A stretch of 25,839 bases of DNA from Candidatus Oleincola secundus (GCA_018400815.1 JAGYLS010000019.1:1-25839); one strand, 5' to 3'. Positions 1 to 9,587 are shown, numbered from the stretch's first letter. Notes: generated by a model not told the origin, from the letters alone. Numbers and translations are program-made.

Positions 1-176
1 TCTAGATTTTCCCCATACAAATTTTCGATTTCTTTCTGTTCTTCTCTTGATACATATGGCAACATTTCTAATTTCATTCTTATTAAAAATTCTTCTAAAG
101 CATTTTCTATTTCATTCTTCACTATATTTCTAATTTTTTCTTCAGAAATTGAATTGGATCTGCTTCTGGCTATCAA
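1..176 (-). pseudogene. Probable small antitoxin-like ORF, 5' end apparently lost or fused; runs off the window edge
   Basis: Not in the ORF track. Open minus frame reads SNSISEEKIRNIVKNEIENALEEFLIRMKLEMLPYVSREEQKEIENLYGENL, resembling small RelB-like antitoxins from memory. There is no ATG at the expected start, only a TTG at 176 inside the upstream ORF. Confidence 0.4.
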
Positions 177-651
177 AGACAATTCCATGATTATTAATAC
201 AAGCAGAAATGAGCTTCATATCAAATGCAAACTGACAGATTCCCTGGAGGTCTTCAGTTAATATTTGGGTTTTGTAATCATCGCCTTCATAGAAGTTTTT
301 CTTGATATAATCATATAGCTTCTTGTATGCCGGGGACTTTTCAAAATAACTATCTTCCATATATTTGAGTAATTCTTCTTGTTCTGGAATGTAGTATGGC
401 TTATCGGCTTTCTCTGCCATTAGTTCATCAATTCTATCATTTACAATAATGGATTCTTTAGTAAAATAAGCTTCGTAAATTTCAGTAAAATTGTCTTCCA
501 GGACTTGGGGTGGATTTTGAAAATAAGTCTCTATATCTTCATGGCTAATCTTCTCAGTGTTCTGGTTATTATAGATTTCTATAACTTTGTCCTTATGGAC
601 TATGCCATAAAGGTTTGTCAGTGCTATGATGTATTTCGTTAATTGAGTCAT
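142..651 (-). CDS. Hypothetical protein, resembles the N-terminal part of SEC-C-motif proteins; probably C-terminally truncated
   Basis: 169-aa ORF with RBS-like GAAAGGA upstream. It ends abruptly (QKQIQFNF) where a different coding frame begins. Confidence 0.55.
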   Translation of the reverse strand: MTQLTKYIIALTNLYGIVHKDKVIEIYNNQNTEKISHEDIETYFQNPPQVLEDNFTEIYEAYFTKESIIVNDRIDELMAEKADKPYYIPEQEELLKYMEDSYFEKSPAYKKLYDYIKKNFYEGDDYKTQILTEDLQGICQFAFDMKLISACINNHGIVFDSQKQIQFNF

Positions 652-698
652 TCAATATCATTCCTTTCGTTATGTCATTCTCCGGGAAATTTTAAGGC

Positions 699-1736
699 CT
701 ATACTTCTTCGTCATTGAGGAATTTAACCATACTAGCTTTGGCTGAATCCAACATTTTCAAACTTTTTACCATACGGAGATTGATTTTTAATTCTGAAGC
801 AATGGGTTTAATGAGCCTATATGTTTCTTCTTTTTTTACGAATATTTCCTGAGGCAGGGTCTTCATGTTCATAGCAATTTTATAAAATTGTTGTTGAAAT
901 TCTATAAAACATTGATCAGGTTTTGCTAAATGATGATCTAAAATAAAACCTGAATGATGATCTACCCAAAAAAATACATAGGGATAATATGGTCTCTCTC
1001 CTTTATCCTGGACTGCCCTTGGATAATAAAAGAAATCAGCTTCCCAGGTACCTTGATGAGGTAAATGTCTTTTATTTATCTGGTTTAGTAATTCCTTATC
1101 AATCGATTTTAGAATAATCTCGTTTTTTGCTAAAGGTAATGGTTCTATCCATAGGTCTTTCCAGGTAAAACCTGTCCCTTCTTTTTTTGGAACTCGAACT
1201 AAGTAATGATTGCTGGTACGTGGGGTGAGAAGATTTGGGTCTTGCTTAAAACGGATTGCCACTTCCATTGCCTGATCAAGGCATAAGGTCAAATAGTTAG
1301 CCTCTGCAGCAGTTAAAAACCACGGGTGATAACCAGGTTGATAACTTTGGAATAATGGCCATAGATGAGAATTATTTACTTTTAGACCAATTTTTTGAAT
1401 AACCTGAAAATCTTCTTTCTGTAAAAAAGATTTTTCTTCAAATGAAGCCATTAATAAGTTTTGATGACTGAGTATATCATCAAGGGACGGATAGTCTTTT
1501 TCCGATTGAAGCTCTAAGTAGCTATATAATCCCTCGCTTCCTAAATACACCGCCAGGGCAAAGTGTTCACCTGCTCCTCCCATGATAACACAATATCCTA
1601 TCTCTCCATTTTCGGGGTTCTGAACGCCAAATAAATCAGTATCCCACATCCAGTTCCAGCACTCCATTCTCTGAAACTTTATTGCAGTTTTGTATAATTC
1701 TTTCCATTGATTGATAGTAGGTAATTGTTTATTCAT
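699..1736 (-). CDS. Conserved hypothetical protein (DUF7309/DUF6930-like)
   Basis: 345-aa ORF with AAGGAAGGA RBS. Conserved-looking N-terminus WxxLY...WNWMWDTDLFGVQNPENGEIGYCVIMG; family recalled, not searched. Confidence 0.7.
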   Translation of the reverse strand: MNKQLPTINQWKELYKTAIKFQRMECWNWMWDTDLFGVQNPENGEIGYCVIMGGAGEHFALAVYLGSEGLYSYLELQSEKDYPSLDDILSHQNLLMASFEEKSFLQKEDFQVIQKIGLKVNNSHLWPLFQSYQPGYHPWFLTAAEANYLTLCLDQAMEVAIRFKQDPNLLTPRTSNHYLVRVPKKEGTGFTWKDLWIEPLPLAKNEIILKSIDKELLNQINKRHLPHQGTWEADFFYYPRAVQDKGERPYYPYVFFWVDHHSGFILDHHLAKPDQCFIEFQQQFYKIAMNMKTLPQEIFVKKEETYRLIKPIASELKINLRMVKSLKMLDSAKASMVKFLNDEEV

Positions 1737-1775
1737 CTTTCCTTCCTTTTTTATTTGGTTGTTAGTTTGCCGGTT

Positions 1776-2189
1776 TTAGTTTAAATAATTATTTAAAAAT
1801 TGAGATACACTTTGAATCTTGATGCCTCGGTAGGTTTTTAAAGGCAGTATATGATGTTTGTCGCCAGAAATAATATAATTTGCTTTTGCTTCAATAGCAC
1901 ATTCTAAGATACTGTTATCTGAGTGATGAGCCTTTATTATATCTATCTTTTCTGTGGGAACAACAAAGTGAGTGATTTTATTAACTGATTCATTTAAAAA
2001 AAATACTTGCTCATTGCTCCATCCAAATTTATGTTTAAAAATTCTGTTCAATTCATTTAATATTTTATCAGAAATAAAGATATCAATAGCCTTTTCCCTG
2101 GCCAAACTAATTAATGATTCAGGTTTTCCCCCAAATAGTATTGCAGAGATGTATACATTGGTATCCAATACTACTTTTATTTTAGACAT
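1776..2189 (-). CDS. PIN-domain (VapC-like, PIN_3/TIGR00305-type) toxin
   Basis: VVLDTNV, DNxILECA and IISGDKH motifs; lies 3 bp downstream of the RHH gene. Confidence 0.92.
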   Translation of the reverse strand: MSKIKVVLDTNVYISAILFGGKPESLISLAREKAIDIFISDKILNELNRIFKHKFGWSNEQVFFLNESVNKITHFVVPTEKIDIIKAHHSDNSILECAIEAKANYIISGDKHHILPLKTYRGIKIQSVSQFLNNYLN

Positions 2190-2192
2190 TGC

Positions 2193-2444
2193 TTAGCTTG
2201 TGCTATCACTTTCATATTCTTCCCTTATTTTTTCAATATCGTCCTCAGATTTGATATTGTATCTATTTGCAGTTATTTCGCCCCATTTTCTTATTTCTTT
2301 CCAGCGGTTTATTTCGTCAAGATATGATATAAGGGATTCCTTGAATATTTGGCTTCTGGAAGTTTTTCTTTCTTTTGCAAGATTATCAACTTCCTTATAT
2401 AAGTCTTCGTTTAAAGACATGTTGATAATTTTGGTCTTTCTCAT
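2193..2444 (-). CDS. Ribbon-helix-helix (CopG-like) antitoxin
   Basis: IINMSLNEDLYKEVDNLAKERKTSRSQIFKESL is an RHH pattern. ATG at 2444 follows a GGAG RBS. Confidence 0.88.
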   Translation of the reverse strand: MRKTKIINMSLNEDLYKEVDNLAKERKTSRSQIFKESLISYLDEINRWKEIRKWGEITANRYNIKSEDDIEKIREEYESDSTS

Positions 2445-2458
2445 ATTTATCACTCCAA

Positions 2459-2510
2459 TAGTAATGATATTTCTTTACTATAGAATATAATAAATTAATA
2501 TTCTTGTCAA
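2459..2510 (-). promoter_or_regulatory. Sigma70-type promoter of the RHH-PIN operon with candidate operator inverted repeats
   Basis: TTGACA (2510-2505), 17 bp, TATTCT (2487-2482). Inverted repeats AGAATAT/ATATTCT (2482-2504) and TAGTAA-N10-TTACTA (2459-2480). Confidence 0.7.
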
Positions 2511-2530
2511 TTACTTACTAGCATTTTACA

Positions 2531-2604
2531 AGTTTGCCGGTTAGAAATAATTTACCGGTTTACCAGTTACCCGGTTTACCAATTAAGAATCAAGAAAAAA
2601 CAAG
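2531..2604. repeat. Degenerate 8-mer (TTTACCGG-type) and 7-mer (AATCAAG) tandem repeats
   Basis: tttaccgg tttaccag ttacccgg tttaccaa at 2551-2582, then aagaatcaagaa. AGTTTGCCGGTT at 2531-2542 is also present at 1764-1775. Confidence 0.7.
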
Positions 2605-2631
2605 TAAAAATATAAGATGAAAAAAATATGT

Positions 2632-2671
2632 AAAAAACCAGAGAGAGGATATCGCTGAACAATATCCTCTC
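2632..2671 (-). terminator. Rho-independent terminator of the capsule operon
   Basis: Stem GAGAGGATAT (2643-2652) / ATATCCTCTC (2662-2671), followed by a U-rich tract on the minus strand. Confidence 0.7.
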
Positions 2672-2694
2672 GGATTTTGTTGTGAGAATAAAAG

Positions 2695-3423
2695 TCACTT
2701 ATAATATTTTTGGTAATTGTAGTAATCGTAATTATAATAGTAGCTGTCTCTTTTTAAATCGACTTTATTTAATACCACACCTAACATTCTGGCCTTTGAT
2801 TTTTCTAAAAGGGCTTTTGTTTGTTTGACTGCATCTCTGTGTACCCTCTTAACCTCAACGATCAATAAAACTCCGTCGAGCTGGTTAGCCAGTATTAAGC
2901 CATCGGCAAATCCGATAATGGGAGGAGAATCAAACAAGACAATATCAGCTCTTTTTTTTAGTTCCTGGATAACTTCCGCCATTTTGGGTGAACTGAGCAT
3001 TTCGTAAGGATTGGGAGGAACAGGCCCGGATGGAACATAAGAGAGATTAGGATGTCCGCTACTTTGGTTGATTACTTCAGTTATTTCTTTGTCCCCTACG
3101 AGCACATTTGTTAAGCCAATACGTGAATTATATTGAAAAATTTTATGTAATGACGGCCGTCTTAAATCACAATCACAGGTAATAACCTTCTCGCCATTTA
3201 TAGCCATGGTTAAAGCCAGGTTTGCCAATAGAATTGACTTGCCTTCAAGTGGTATCGATGAAGTGGATAAAATTGTCTGGATGGGATGATCTGTGGTTCC
3301 TGAAAACTTCAAATTAGTTCTTAAGGTCCGAAAAGCCTCAGAGACTATGGATTCAGGACTGCTTTTGACAATAAAGGCATTGGAATAATCTCTTGGTTTT
3401 TCTTTTTTCTTTAATTTAAACAT
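2695..3423 (-). CDS. CpsD/CapB-family tyrosine kinase (cytoplasmic BY-kinase)
   Basis: EAFRTLRTNL, Walker A PLEGKS, Walker A' DCDLRRP, Walker B FDSPP, C-terminal tyrosine cluster YYYNYDYYNYQKYY. Confidence 0.95.
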   Translation of the reverse strand: MFKLKKKEKPRDYSNAFIVKSSPESIVSEAFRTLRTNLKFSGTTDHPIQTILSTSSIPLEGKSILLANLALTMAINGEKVITCDCDLRRPSLHKIFQYNSRIGLTNVLVGDKEITEVINQSSGHPNLSYVPSGPVPPNPYEMLSSPKMAEVIQELKKRADIVLFDSPPIIGFADGLILANQLDGVLLIVEVKRVHRDAVKQTKALLEKSKARMLGVVLNKVDLKRDSYYYNYDYYNYQKYYK

Positions 3424-3486
3424 AATAACTTTCTCGCTATTTATTTTTATAATCTATTTATCTTATATTTTTTGTGTCAATAAAAA

Positions 3487-5127
3487 TTATATCTGGGTTT
3501 TCCTGCTATCTATTTTTTTACTTTTTGTTTTCTTGCGTTTACGTCTTTTGACGATATCCTCAAAAGTGACCAAAGGAATTACACCTAAAACCGGTAGCTC
3601 TAAATATTTTTCTACATCATCTTTGCTCTTAAAGGAATAATCAAAAAATTCCATAAAGAATACCAGCATAACACCCAACATGATACCCAGTACTCCCCCA
3701 ATAGCCAGATTTAATAATTTTCTGGGCTTGATAGGATTAGTTGGCACAAGGGCTTGATCAATAATCCTGATATTACCCATTTCCATAGCCTCACTAATCC
3801 GGGCTTCCTGGTAACTCTCTAATAATAGCAGATAGGTATTTTCTGCTACCCGCACTCCTCTTTCCAGGCGGGCTAGTTGTAATTCTTTCTCCGGTAATTG
3901 CTCTAATCTGGTTTCATAATTCTTGATTACTTCAACAGTGCTATTCAGTCTTGCCTCTAATGAAATAATATTACTTTCCAGGGAAACCCTTTCTGAAAGC
4001 AAGTTCTGATAGATAGGGTTCATTGTTGACACGCTGGAACTGATAATCTCAGCAACCTTCTGACTTAATTCATTTTCAATTTGCCGAATCTGGATTTCAA
4101 TTTCAGTTACCTGGGGACTGTTTTCTGAATATCTTTCTTTGAGCGATGGTAGCTGAATCTGCAAATCGACCAATCTATTCTGTAATTGCTGGACAACAGG
4201 ATTTGCAGAAATCGTTTGAGAGGAAACAATAGTTTTTGAATGTTCCTGTAATTGTTTTTTGATTTGTTCCAGACGTACCTGACTACCGGTAATTTGGGTA
4301 TCTAAATCAATTCTTTGTGCTTCATATTTGGCCAGTTGTTCCAGATTCAGTCTGGTTTCTTCATCTAAATAGAGGATGTTCTCTCTCTTTTTAAAGGATA
4401 ATTTTTCTTCTTCCAATTCCCTTAATTCTTTTTCCTGGGAAGCCAGCTGTTTTTCAATAAAACTTTTAGCTGCAGTAGCCTGGGTACGATTAAAAGATCT
4501 GGACTGTTCAACATAGACCTCGGCACTTTTGTTGGCAATATCAGCTGCTAATTCAGGATGAATATTTTCACTGCTTATTTCAATAATATTGGTATCTCTG
4601 ACGAGATTTGCTGATAAAGAATTTCGCACATTGCTTAATATTCTTCTTCTGATCGCCTGTTTATCAGCATCCAGGTTCTCTTCTTCAGCAATATTACTCA
4701 CAAAACCAGCAGCAAACTGTTTTAATCTTAAAAAGTCCAGTATATCGATAAACCAGCGTAATTCATTGACCCTACGCTGAAAATTATCCTTCTCTATGGT
4801 CTGAAACAGGTCCAGTGGAAATTGACTGACAACCTCTTCGGCAATTTTGCGACTCTTAATGATTTCGACTTGTGTTTCAATATTGTCACTTCGTCCCATT
4901 AAAAAGCCCATTTCATTATCACTAAGTAATTGGCCAGGGGAATTATTTTCAGAGATAAGCACCGTGGTTGTCGCTTTATAAACCGGTGCAATGATATAAT
5001 TAGCCAGAAAAGCCAGAAAGAGAGCACTGATAAAAACTAAAAAAATTATCCATTTTCTCTTCCTTATTATTTGAATATATTCCTGTAAGGAAATTTCTTC
5101 ATCTGATTGATTAAATTGTTCTGACAA
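3487..5127 (-). CDS. Polysaccharide co-polymerase / chain-length determinant (GumC/Wzc N-terminal type)
   Basis: EISLQEYIQIIRKRKWII plus TM, long coiled coil, IIDQALVPTNPIKPRK plus C-terminal TM, LPVLGVIP. TTG start after AGGAGG. Confidence 0.93.
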   Translation of the reverse strand: MSEQFNQSDEEISLQEYIQIIRKRKWIIFLVFISALFLAFLANYIIAPVYKATTTVLISENNSPGQLLSDNEMGFLMGRSDNIETQVEIIKSRKIAEEVVSQFPLDLFQTIEKDNFQRRVNELRWFIDILDFLRLKQFAAGFVSNIAEEENLDADKQAIRRRILSNVRNSLSANLVRDTNIIEISSENIHPELAADIANKSAEVYVEQSRSFNRTQATAAKSFIEKQLASQEKELRELEEEKLSFKKRENILYLDEETRLNLEQLAKYEAQRIDLDTQITGSQVRLEQIKKQLQEHSKTIVSSQTISANPVVQQLQNRLVDLQIQLPSLKERYSENSPQVTEIEIQIRQIENELSQKVAEIISSSVSTMNPIYQNLLSERVSLESNIISLEARLNSTVEVIKNYETRLEQLPEKELQLARLERGVRVAENTYLLLLESYQEARISEAMEMGNIRIIDQALVPTNPIKPRKLLNLAIGGVLGIMLGVMLVFFMEFFDYSFKSKDDVEKYLELPVLGVIPLVTFEDIVKRRKRKKTKSKKIDSRKTQI

Positions 5128-5147
5128 TTAAACCCTCCTGTAAATTT

Positions 5148-5330
5148 AATCAATAATCACCAATCTACAATCACTAATCTCCAGTCACTAAATACAAATC
5201 ACCAATTGCCGGTCACCAGTCTACAATCAAGAATAAAAAACAAGAATCAATAATCAAGAATTAATCACTAGTCAAAAACTAAAAAATCAAGAATCACTGA
5301 TCAATAATTAAGAATCAAAAATCAAGAATC
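5148..5330. repeat. Degenerate 7-mer tandem array (AATCAAG/AATCACC), about 25 units
   Basis: aatcaat aatcacc aatctac aatcact aatctcc agtcact ... aatcaaa aatcaag aatc; fills the whole spacer. Confidence 0.85.
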
Positions 5331-5713
5331 TATGACTTTAATTGGAAATCATTGTTTTTTAAATAATGAATAAATCCTGATAATTGCTTTAATATTTTTT
5401 TAGTAAAACTATATAGATTATTAAAATCCACCTTGTCAATATATTTTAAATCAAGAGCAATATACAAATCATTTTGTATTTCAGCAACCGATCCTCTTGC
5501 CATTGATAAAAAATTCGCATAATCTTTGTAAGTAGAACGTTCAAATCCTTCTGCGATATTAGCCATTACAGAAACTGCAGCTCTTCTTATTTGTTGAGAT
5601 AATCCATAATTTTCAATAGTTGGAAAATTTCTTGTTATTTTATAAATGTCAGCTGTTAATTTTCTTGCATCCTGCCAAACTAATAGTTCTTCAAATGATT
5701 TGATTTTCGCCAA
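5330..5713 (-). CDS. Four-helix-bundle protein (TIGR02436 / 23S rRNA IVP family, Avd-like fold)
   Basis: FEELLVWQ, FP..ENYGLSQQIRRAAVSVMANIAEG and ARGSVAE motifs; TTG start after AGGAG. Confidence 0.95.
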   Translation of the reverse strand: MAKIKSFEELLVWQDARKLTADIYKITRNFPTIENYGLSQQIRRAAVSVMANIAEGFERSTYKDYANFLSMARGSVAEIQNDLYIALDLKYIDKVDFNNLYSFTKKILKQLSGFIHYLKNNDFQLKS

Positions 5714-5785
5714 TTGTACTCCTGAACTCCGTAATTTAACTTTTTATTATGCTATATATTTTATAAAAATATAAAAATAATATTA

Positions 5786-5910
5786 TTCGCCAATACCAAT
5801 AAAAAATTACCGATCAAAGATAAATACTAATCGCCAGTCACCAGTCAAGAATCAATAAAAAAATCAAAAATCATAAAATCAAGAAACACTTATCAAGAAT
5901 CAAGAATTCG
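5786..5910. repeat. Degenerate 7-mer tandem array (AATCAAG/AGTCACC)
   Basis: aatcgcc agtcacc agtcaag aatcaat ... tatcaag aatcaag; same orientation as 5148-5330. Confidence 0.8.
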
Positions 5911-5965
5911 TATAAATTCAAAATTTTAAAATCTAAAAACAAAAACTATAAACAAAAAAGGTTTC

Positions 5966-6099
5966 AACTAATTAACTAATTAACCAACGCAACTAATGAA
6001 CTGCATCTTAAACCAATTAACTAATTAACCAATTAACTAATTAACTAATTAACCAATTAACCAACGCAACTAATGAACTAATTAACCAATGAACGATTC
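5966..6099. repeat. 8-mer tandem array AACYAATK, about 14 units in two blocks
   Basis: aactaatt, aaccaatt, aactaatg and aaccaatg units, with two aaccaacgc variants. Confidence 0.92.
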
Positions 6100-6182
6100 A
6101 CAAATCATTACTATATAAGATAGCATAGAAATTGTTTAAGTTTCAACTATTTCGAATAATTATTTTAAATCAATTTATATCA

Positions 6183-7493
6183 CTATTTCAGGACACCATA
6201 AATAGAGATACCGGTTTGGATGATATCCAATGTGGTATCAATATCCAGCTCGGATAATGGCCTGGCTGGTAAATAGACAATGTCCTGTGGTTGGAGAGTA
6301 ATGTTTTGCGCTAAATGCCCATTTTTTAAAATCTCTTTTAAATCCACTTCAATAACCTGGTCATATTCTTCGCGAATAACTTTCACTTCTTTTAGTTCTA
6401 TGGTGCGCATTTCTATTCCCTCTTCATCTTGGGGAAATTTCCTGATAACAAGACACGAACTTAGTCTGGCCTTTTCATTGTAGCCTCCAGCCAAAGAAAT
6501 TGCCTCTACCACAGAACAGGTTCCTTCAATATTATAGAGACCTGGAGTTCTAACTTCACCTAAAACATAAATATTATTTTCTAAAGTCATGGGTATAAAA
6601 AGTGAATCACCATAATTGAGGGCAATATTCTGGGTTAAATCCTGCTCTAAAAGTAAGTTTTCCATATTAACCTGAATTGTTTCGCCATCCTGGCGATTCA
6701 CAACGGCATTTTTTAAATCGGCTCTGGCAGTAAAGCCATTGGCAATAGAAATTGCTTTCAGTATATCAACTTTTCCTTCGAGAGAATACAATCCAGGAGA
6801 ATTAACCTCTCCAGCTACAGAGATGGTATTCATTTCAAAAGCTTTAGGAATAAACAGGGAATCACCGGAATATAGAATTAGATTTTGACTCATATCGCTT
6901 TCATGGAGTAATTTTTCTAAATCAACCGGAATCACTTCTCCACTGTCCCTTATGATTGTTGCATTCTTTAAACCTGCGTTTTCTAAAAGTCCTCCGGCGA
7001 AAGATATCGCTTTTAAAACATTTACTTTTCCTGAAACAGGAAATAATCCCGGTGATTTCACCTCTCCTAATACCGAGATATCGGTGGTGCTAAAATCAAC
7101 AATAGTAAGGCTTACCTGGTTACCCTCTAATGAGGGTAGTACCTTTTCCATTTCCTGGACAATTGCAATACGGACCTCTTCTAAGGTCTTCCCAACAGCA
7201 TATATTTGACCATCAATTGGCAATGACATCATCCCATCCGGTTGAATGGGTACCCTCCTGGTCAATTCCGGATATCCCCATAATTGGATTTCCAGTACAT
7301 CCCGGTAATTCAGGGTATAATCCTGCTTTTGAGTTGTTTCAGCCTCTCCGACAGATTGAGTGTTTGCCAAAACATGGCCTGTTACAAGAAATATCATTAA
7401 TAAGCTTAAAAGAATAATAATTGTGGATTGATAAATCTTATTTGACTTTGACTTAAAATATTTATTTTGCATTATTCTCTCTTCTCCTTTCAC
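6183..7493 (-). CDS. Polysaccharide export protein (Wza/OPX family) with three SLBB domains
   Basis: Signal peptide, Poly_export motif (IQPDGMMSLPIDGQIYAVGKT), three V.GEV..PG repeats. Alternative ATG start at 7472; no lipobox Cys. Confidence 0.92.
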   Translation of the reverse strand: MKGEERIMQNKYFKSKSNKIYQSTIIILLSLLMIFLVTGHVLANTQSVGEAETTQKQDYTLNYRDVLEIQLWGYPELTRRVPIQPDGMMSLPIDGQIYAVGKTLEEVRIAIVQEMEKVLPSLEGNQVSLTIVDFSTTDISVLGEVKSPGLFPVSGKVNVLKAISFAGGLLENAGLKNATIIRDSGEVIPVDLEKLLHESDMSQNLILYSGDSLFIPKAFEMNTISVAGEVNSPGLYSLEGKVDILKAISIANGFTARADLKNAVVNRQDGETIQVNMENLLLEQDLTQNIALNYGDSLFIPMTLENNIYVLGEVRTPGLYNIEGTCSVVEAISLAGGYNEKARLSSCLVIRKFPQDEEGIEMRTIELKEVKVIREEYDQVIEVDLKEILKNGHLAQNITLQPQDIVYLPARPLSELDIDTTLDIIQTGISIYGVLK

Positions 7494-7532
7494 AAAAGAA
7501 GCTTTTCTTTTTTTAAAACTTTTTATTCATTC

Positions 7533-9560
7533 TTAAAATTCATATTTGACTTCAGCGGTAATGCTTATTTGTCCCAGGTCTTCATTTAATTGATTATCCT
7601 GGTTAGAAATAAGTTTATAGGAACCGGATAAGGATAAGTTCCAGTCATCAGAAATATTATATTCTAAATTGGCGAGAAATTCATTTGATTTTTGCACTGT
7701 TCCTGATAGAAAAATATTTTCATTGGCTATATCCGAGTCAGAAGGCAAGGAAATACCGGCCTGCCCTTCTCCATGTCTCTCGTTGATGTAATTTAAATGC
7801 AACAGTGTATCTTCGTTGATCTCATGAGAAATTCCCACTACAATTTGGTCAGCATCCGGCCCTAGGGGGTGACCGATATATTCTCCTTGATATAAATAAT
7901 TTTGCCATTCTTTTCTGGGATGATAGACATAGTTATTGAGGCGAGTATATTCGATAATCAAATCTGTTTTTGCATTATCCATAATATCCGGGATATGGCT
8001 GCCTATGCTGAATCCAACTCTTCCGGGATAAGGATTGACCTGTTGATAAAAAATAAAGTCATCAAACATAACTTCACCATAAATCTTGGCTCCATTATTA
8101 AATTGATATTGCAGGTCTAATCCAATATTATAATTAATATTGTTTTCCTTATCGGAAAGATCAGGGAAATTGGAATAAATCTGCTGGGTTAAATAATTGG
8201 ACAAAGGAAATGGTATGGGATTAAAGTAGAGAATACCACAATTCCGAGCGGCAATAGAAGTTTCCGATAAACCAATACGCCAGGGAGTATCAGGAGAATA
8301 TTCAAAACGCTGGCCAAATAACAGGCGATTATCATCTAGTAAGGAAAATAATTTGCTAAAATGAAGGTTTCCCCAGTTGCCGATTAATTGATCCAGGTCA
8401 AAATTACCGGAATAAGAAATCATGTCCAGTGGCCTGGTTTGGTTTGATAGGATAAGTGAACCGGAATAGCCTGGCCCCCATTTCATTTCATCTCTGCCAA
8501 TTTGCCAGGTTATGGGAGGAATTTCTAATCCATCAAAGGATGCCAATACCGGAATGTTGTCAGAAACGGGTATTTGATAAGCATCGGTTATAAATTTTAG
8601 ATAAGCCTTGTTCAGGTTTAATTCAACTGGTGAAAACTGTATATTTCTTATATCAAAGACCTGGACATCAACAGAAAAATCAGCTAGAAAAGCAGCATTA
8701 TCCCAGATTTCTCCGCTTATTATGGTACCAAATTTCAGATCGTACAAACCTTGATTTAATTTAATGGCTGATGGGCTTATGTTTGGGATATTGTTTTGCC
8801 CCTTAAAACGCAGCTTCTGATTCAAGTATCCCGAAACAGAAATAGTATCTTTTATGCGGTTGAATACGGCTTTCCTTTTATTTAAATAAACAACACTGAC
8901 GCCATAAGAAGCCAGGTCATCTTTTAATTCAGTCACTATATAGTCTAAAGACTCCATCTCCTGTTCAGTCAATTCGACATCTTTCAGTTGACCATCCTGT
9001 AAGTTAAAAATCATCTGACTGACCATTTCGGCTAAAATTCTGCGGGGAATGGGAAACTCTAATTTTCCGGAATGAGAATGGGCAAGATATCCTTTCCGGA
9101 TAAAATCATTGAGGCATTCGGCCATTCTTTCACCCTGGTAATCGTGCAGTATTTCCTGATTTGTCTTTTCCTTCGAAATAATTCTGACACCTTGTCTGCT
9201 CAATTCTTCTTCAAACTCCATGACTAATTTCTCTAAATGAATCAGCTGGGCTTCATCTAAGTCTATTTTTCCCCTCTCAAGATTAATTAAAGCCTGGTTT
9301 ATTAATCTTGCTACTTCCAGACGTGTTAAAGGTCTGGTATTAAGTGCAACCGTAGCTTCTCCCTGCAACAGATTTAAATATTCCATTTTTGCTAATTCAG
9401 TATAAATCCAGCTATCCAGGGGAACATTGATGAATGAGCTTAAATTGGTAGAACCTGGAGCTGCAATGGCAATAAACTGAACAAAGCAGGAAAAACAGAA
9501 TAATATGGACAGAAAAAAGATGTTTCTGGCGACTCTCTTCTTTTGCTTTGCGTTTTTCAT
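7533..9560 (-). CDS. Capsule assembly Wzi-family outer-membrane protein with N-terminal SLH-like repeats
   Basis: GRDEMKWGPGYSGSLILS and IGHPLGPDAD Wzi motifs; C-terminal YEF; N-terminal VPLDSWIY...RPLTRLEVARLI. Confidence 0.85.
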   Translation of the reverse strand: MKNAKQKKRVARNIFFLSILFCFSCFVQFIAIAAPGSTNLSSFINVPLDSWIYTELAKMEYLNLLQGEATVALNTRPLTRLEVARLINQALINLERGKIDLDEAQLIHLEKLVMEFEEELSRQGVRIISKEKTNQEILHDYQGERMAECLNDFIRKGYLAHSHSGKLEFPIPRRILAEMVSQMIFNLQDGQLKDVELTEQEMESLDYIVTELKDDLASYGVSVVYLNKRKAVFNRIKDTISVSGYLNQKLRFKGQNNIPNISPSAIKLNQGLYDLKFGTIISGEIWDNAAFLADFSVDVQVFDIRNIQFSPVELNLNKAYLKFITDAYQIPVSDNIPVLASFDGLEIPPITWQIGRDEMKWGPGYSGSLILSNQTRPLDMISYSGNFDLDQLIGNWGNLHFSKLFSLLDDNRLLFGQRFEYSPDTPWRIGLSETSIAARNCGILYFNPIPFPLSNYLTQQIYSNFPDLSDKENNINYNIGLDLQYQFNNGAKIYGEVMFDDFIFYQQVNPYPGRVGFSIGSHIPDIMDNAKTDLIIEYTRLNNYVYHPRKEWQNYLYQGEYIGHPLGPDADQIVVGISHEINEDTLLHLNYINERHGEGQAGISLPSDSDIANENIFLSGTVQKSNEFLANLEYNISDDWNLSLSGSYKLISNQDNQLNEDLGQISITAEVKYEF

Positions 9561-9587
9561 AGACTAATAAACTCCATTAGAATAATT

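Noticed and set aside
5330..5713. Diversity-generating retroelement (Avd-like gene) or 23S rRNA intervening sequence
   Set aside because: No reverse transcriptase, no template/variable repeat pair and no rRNA in the window.
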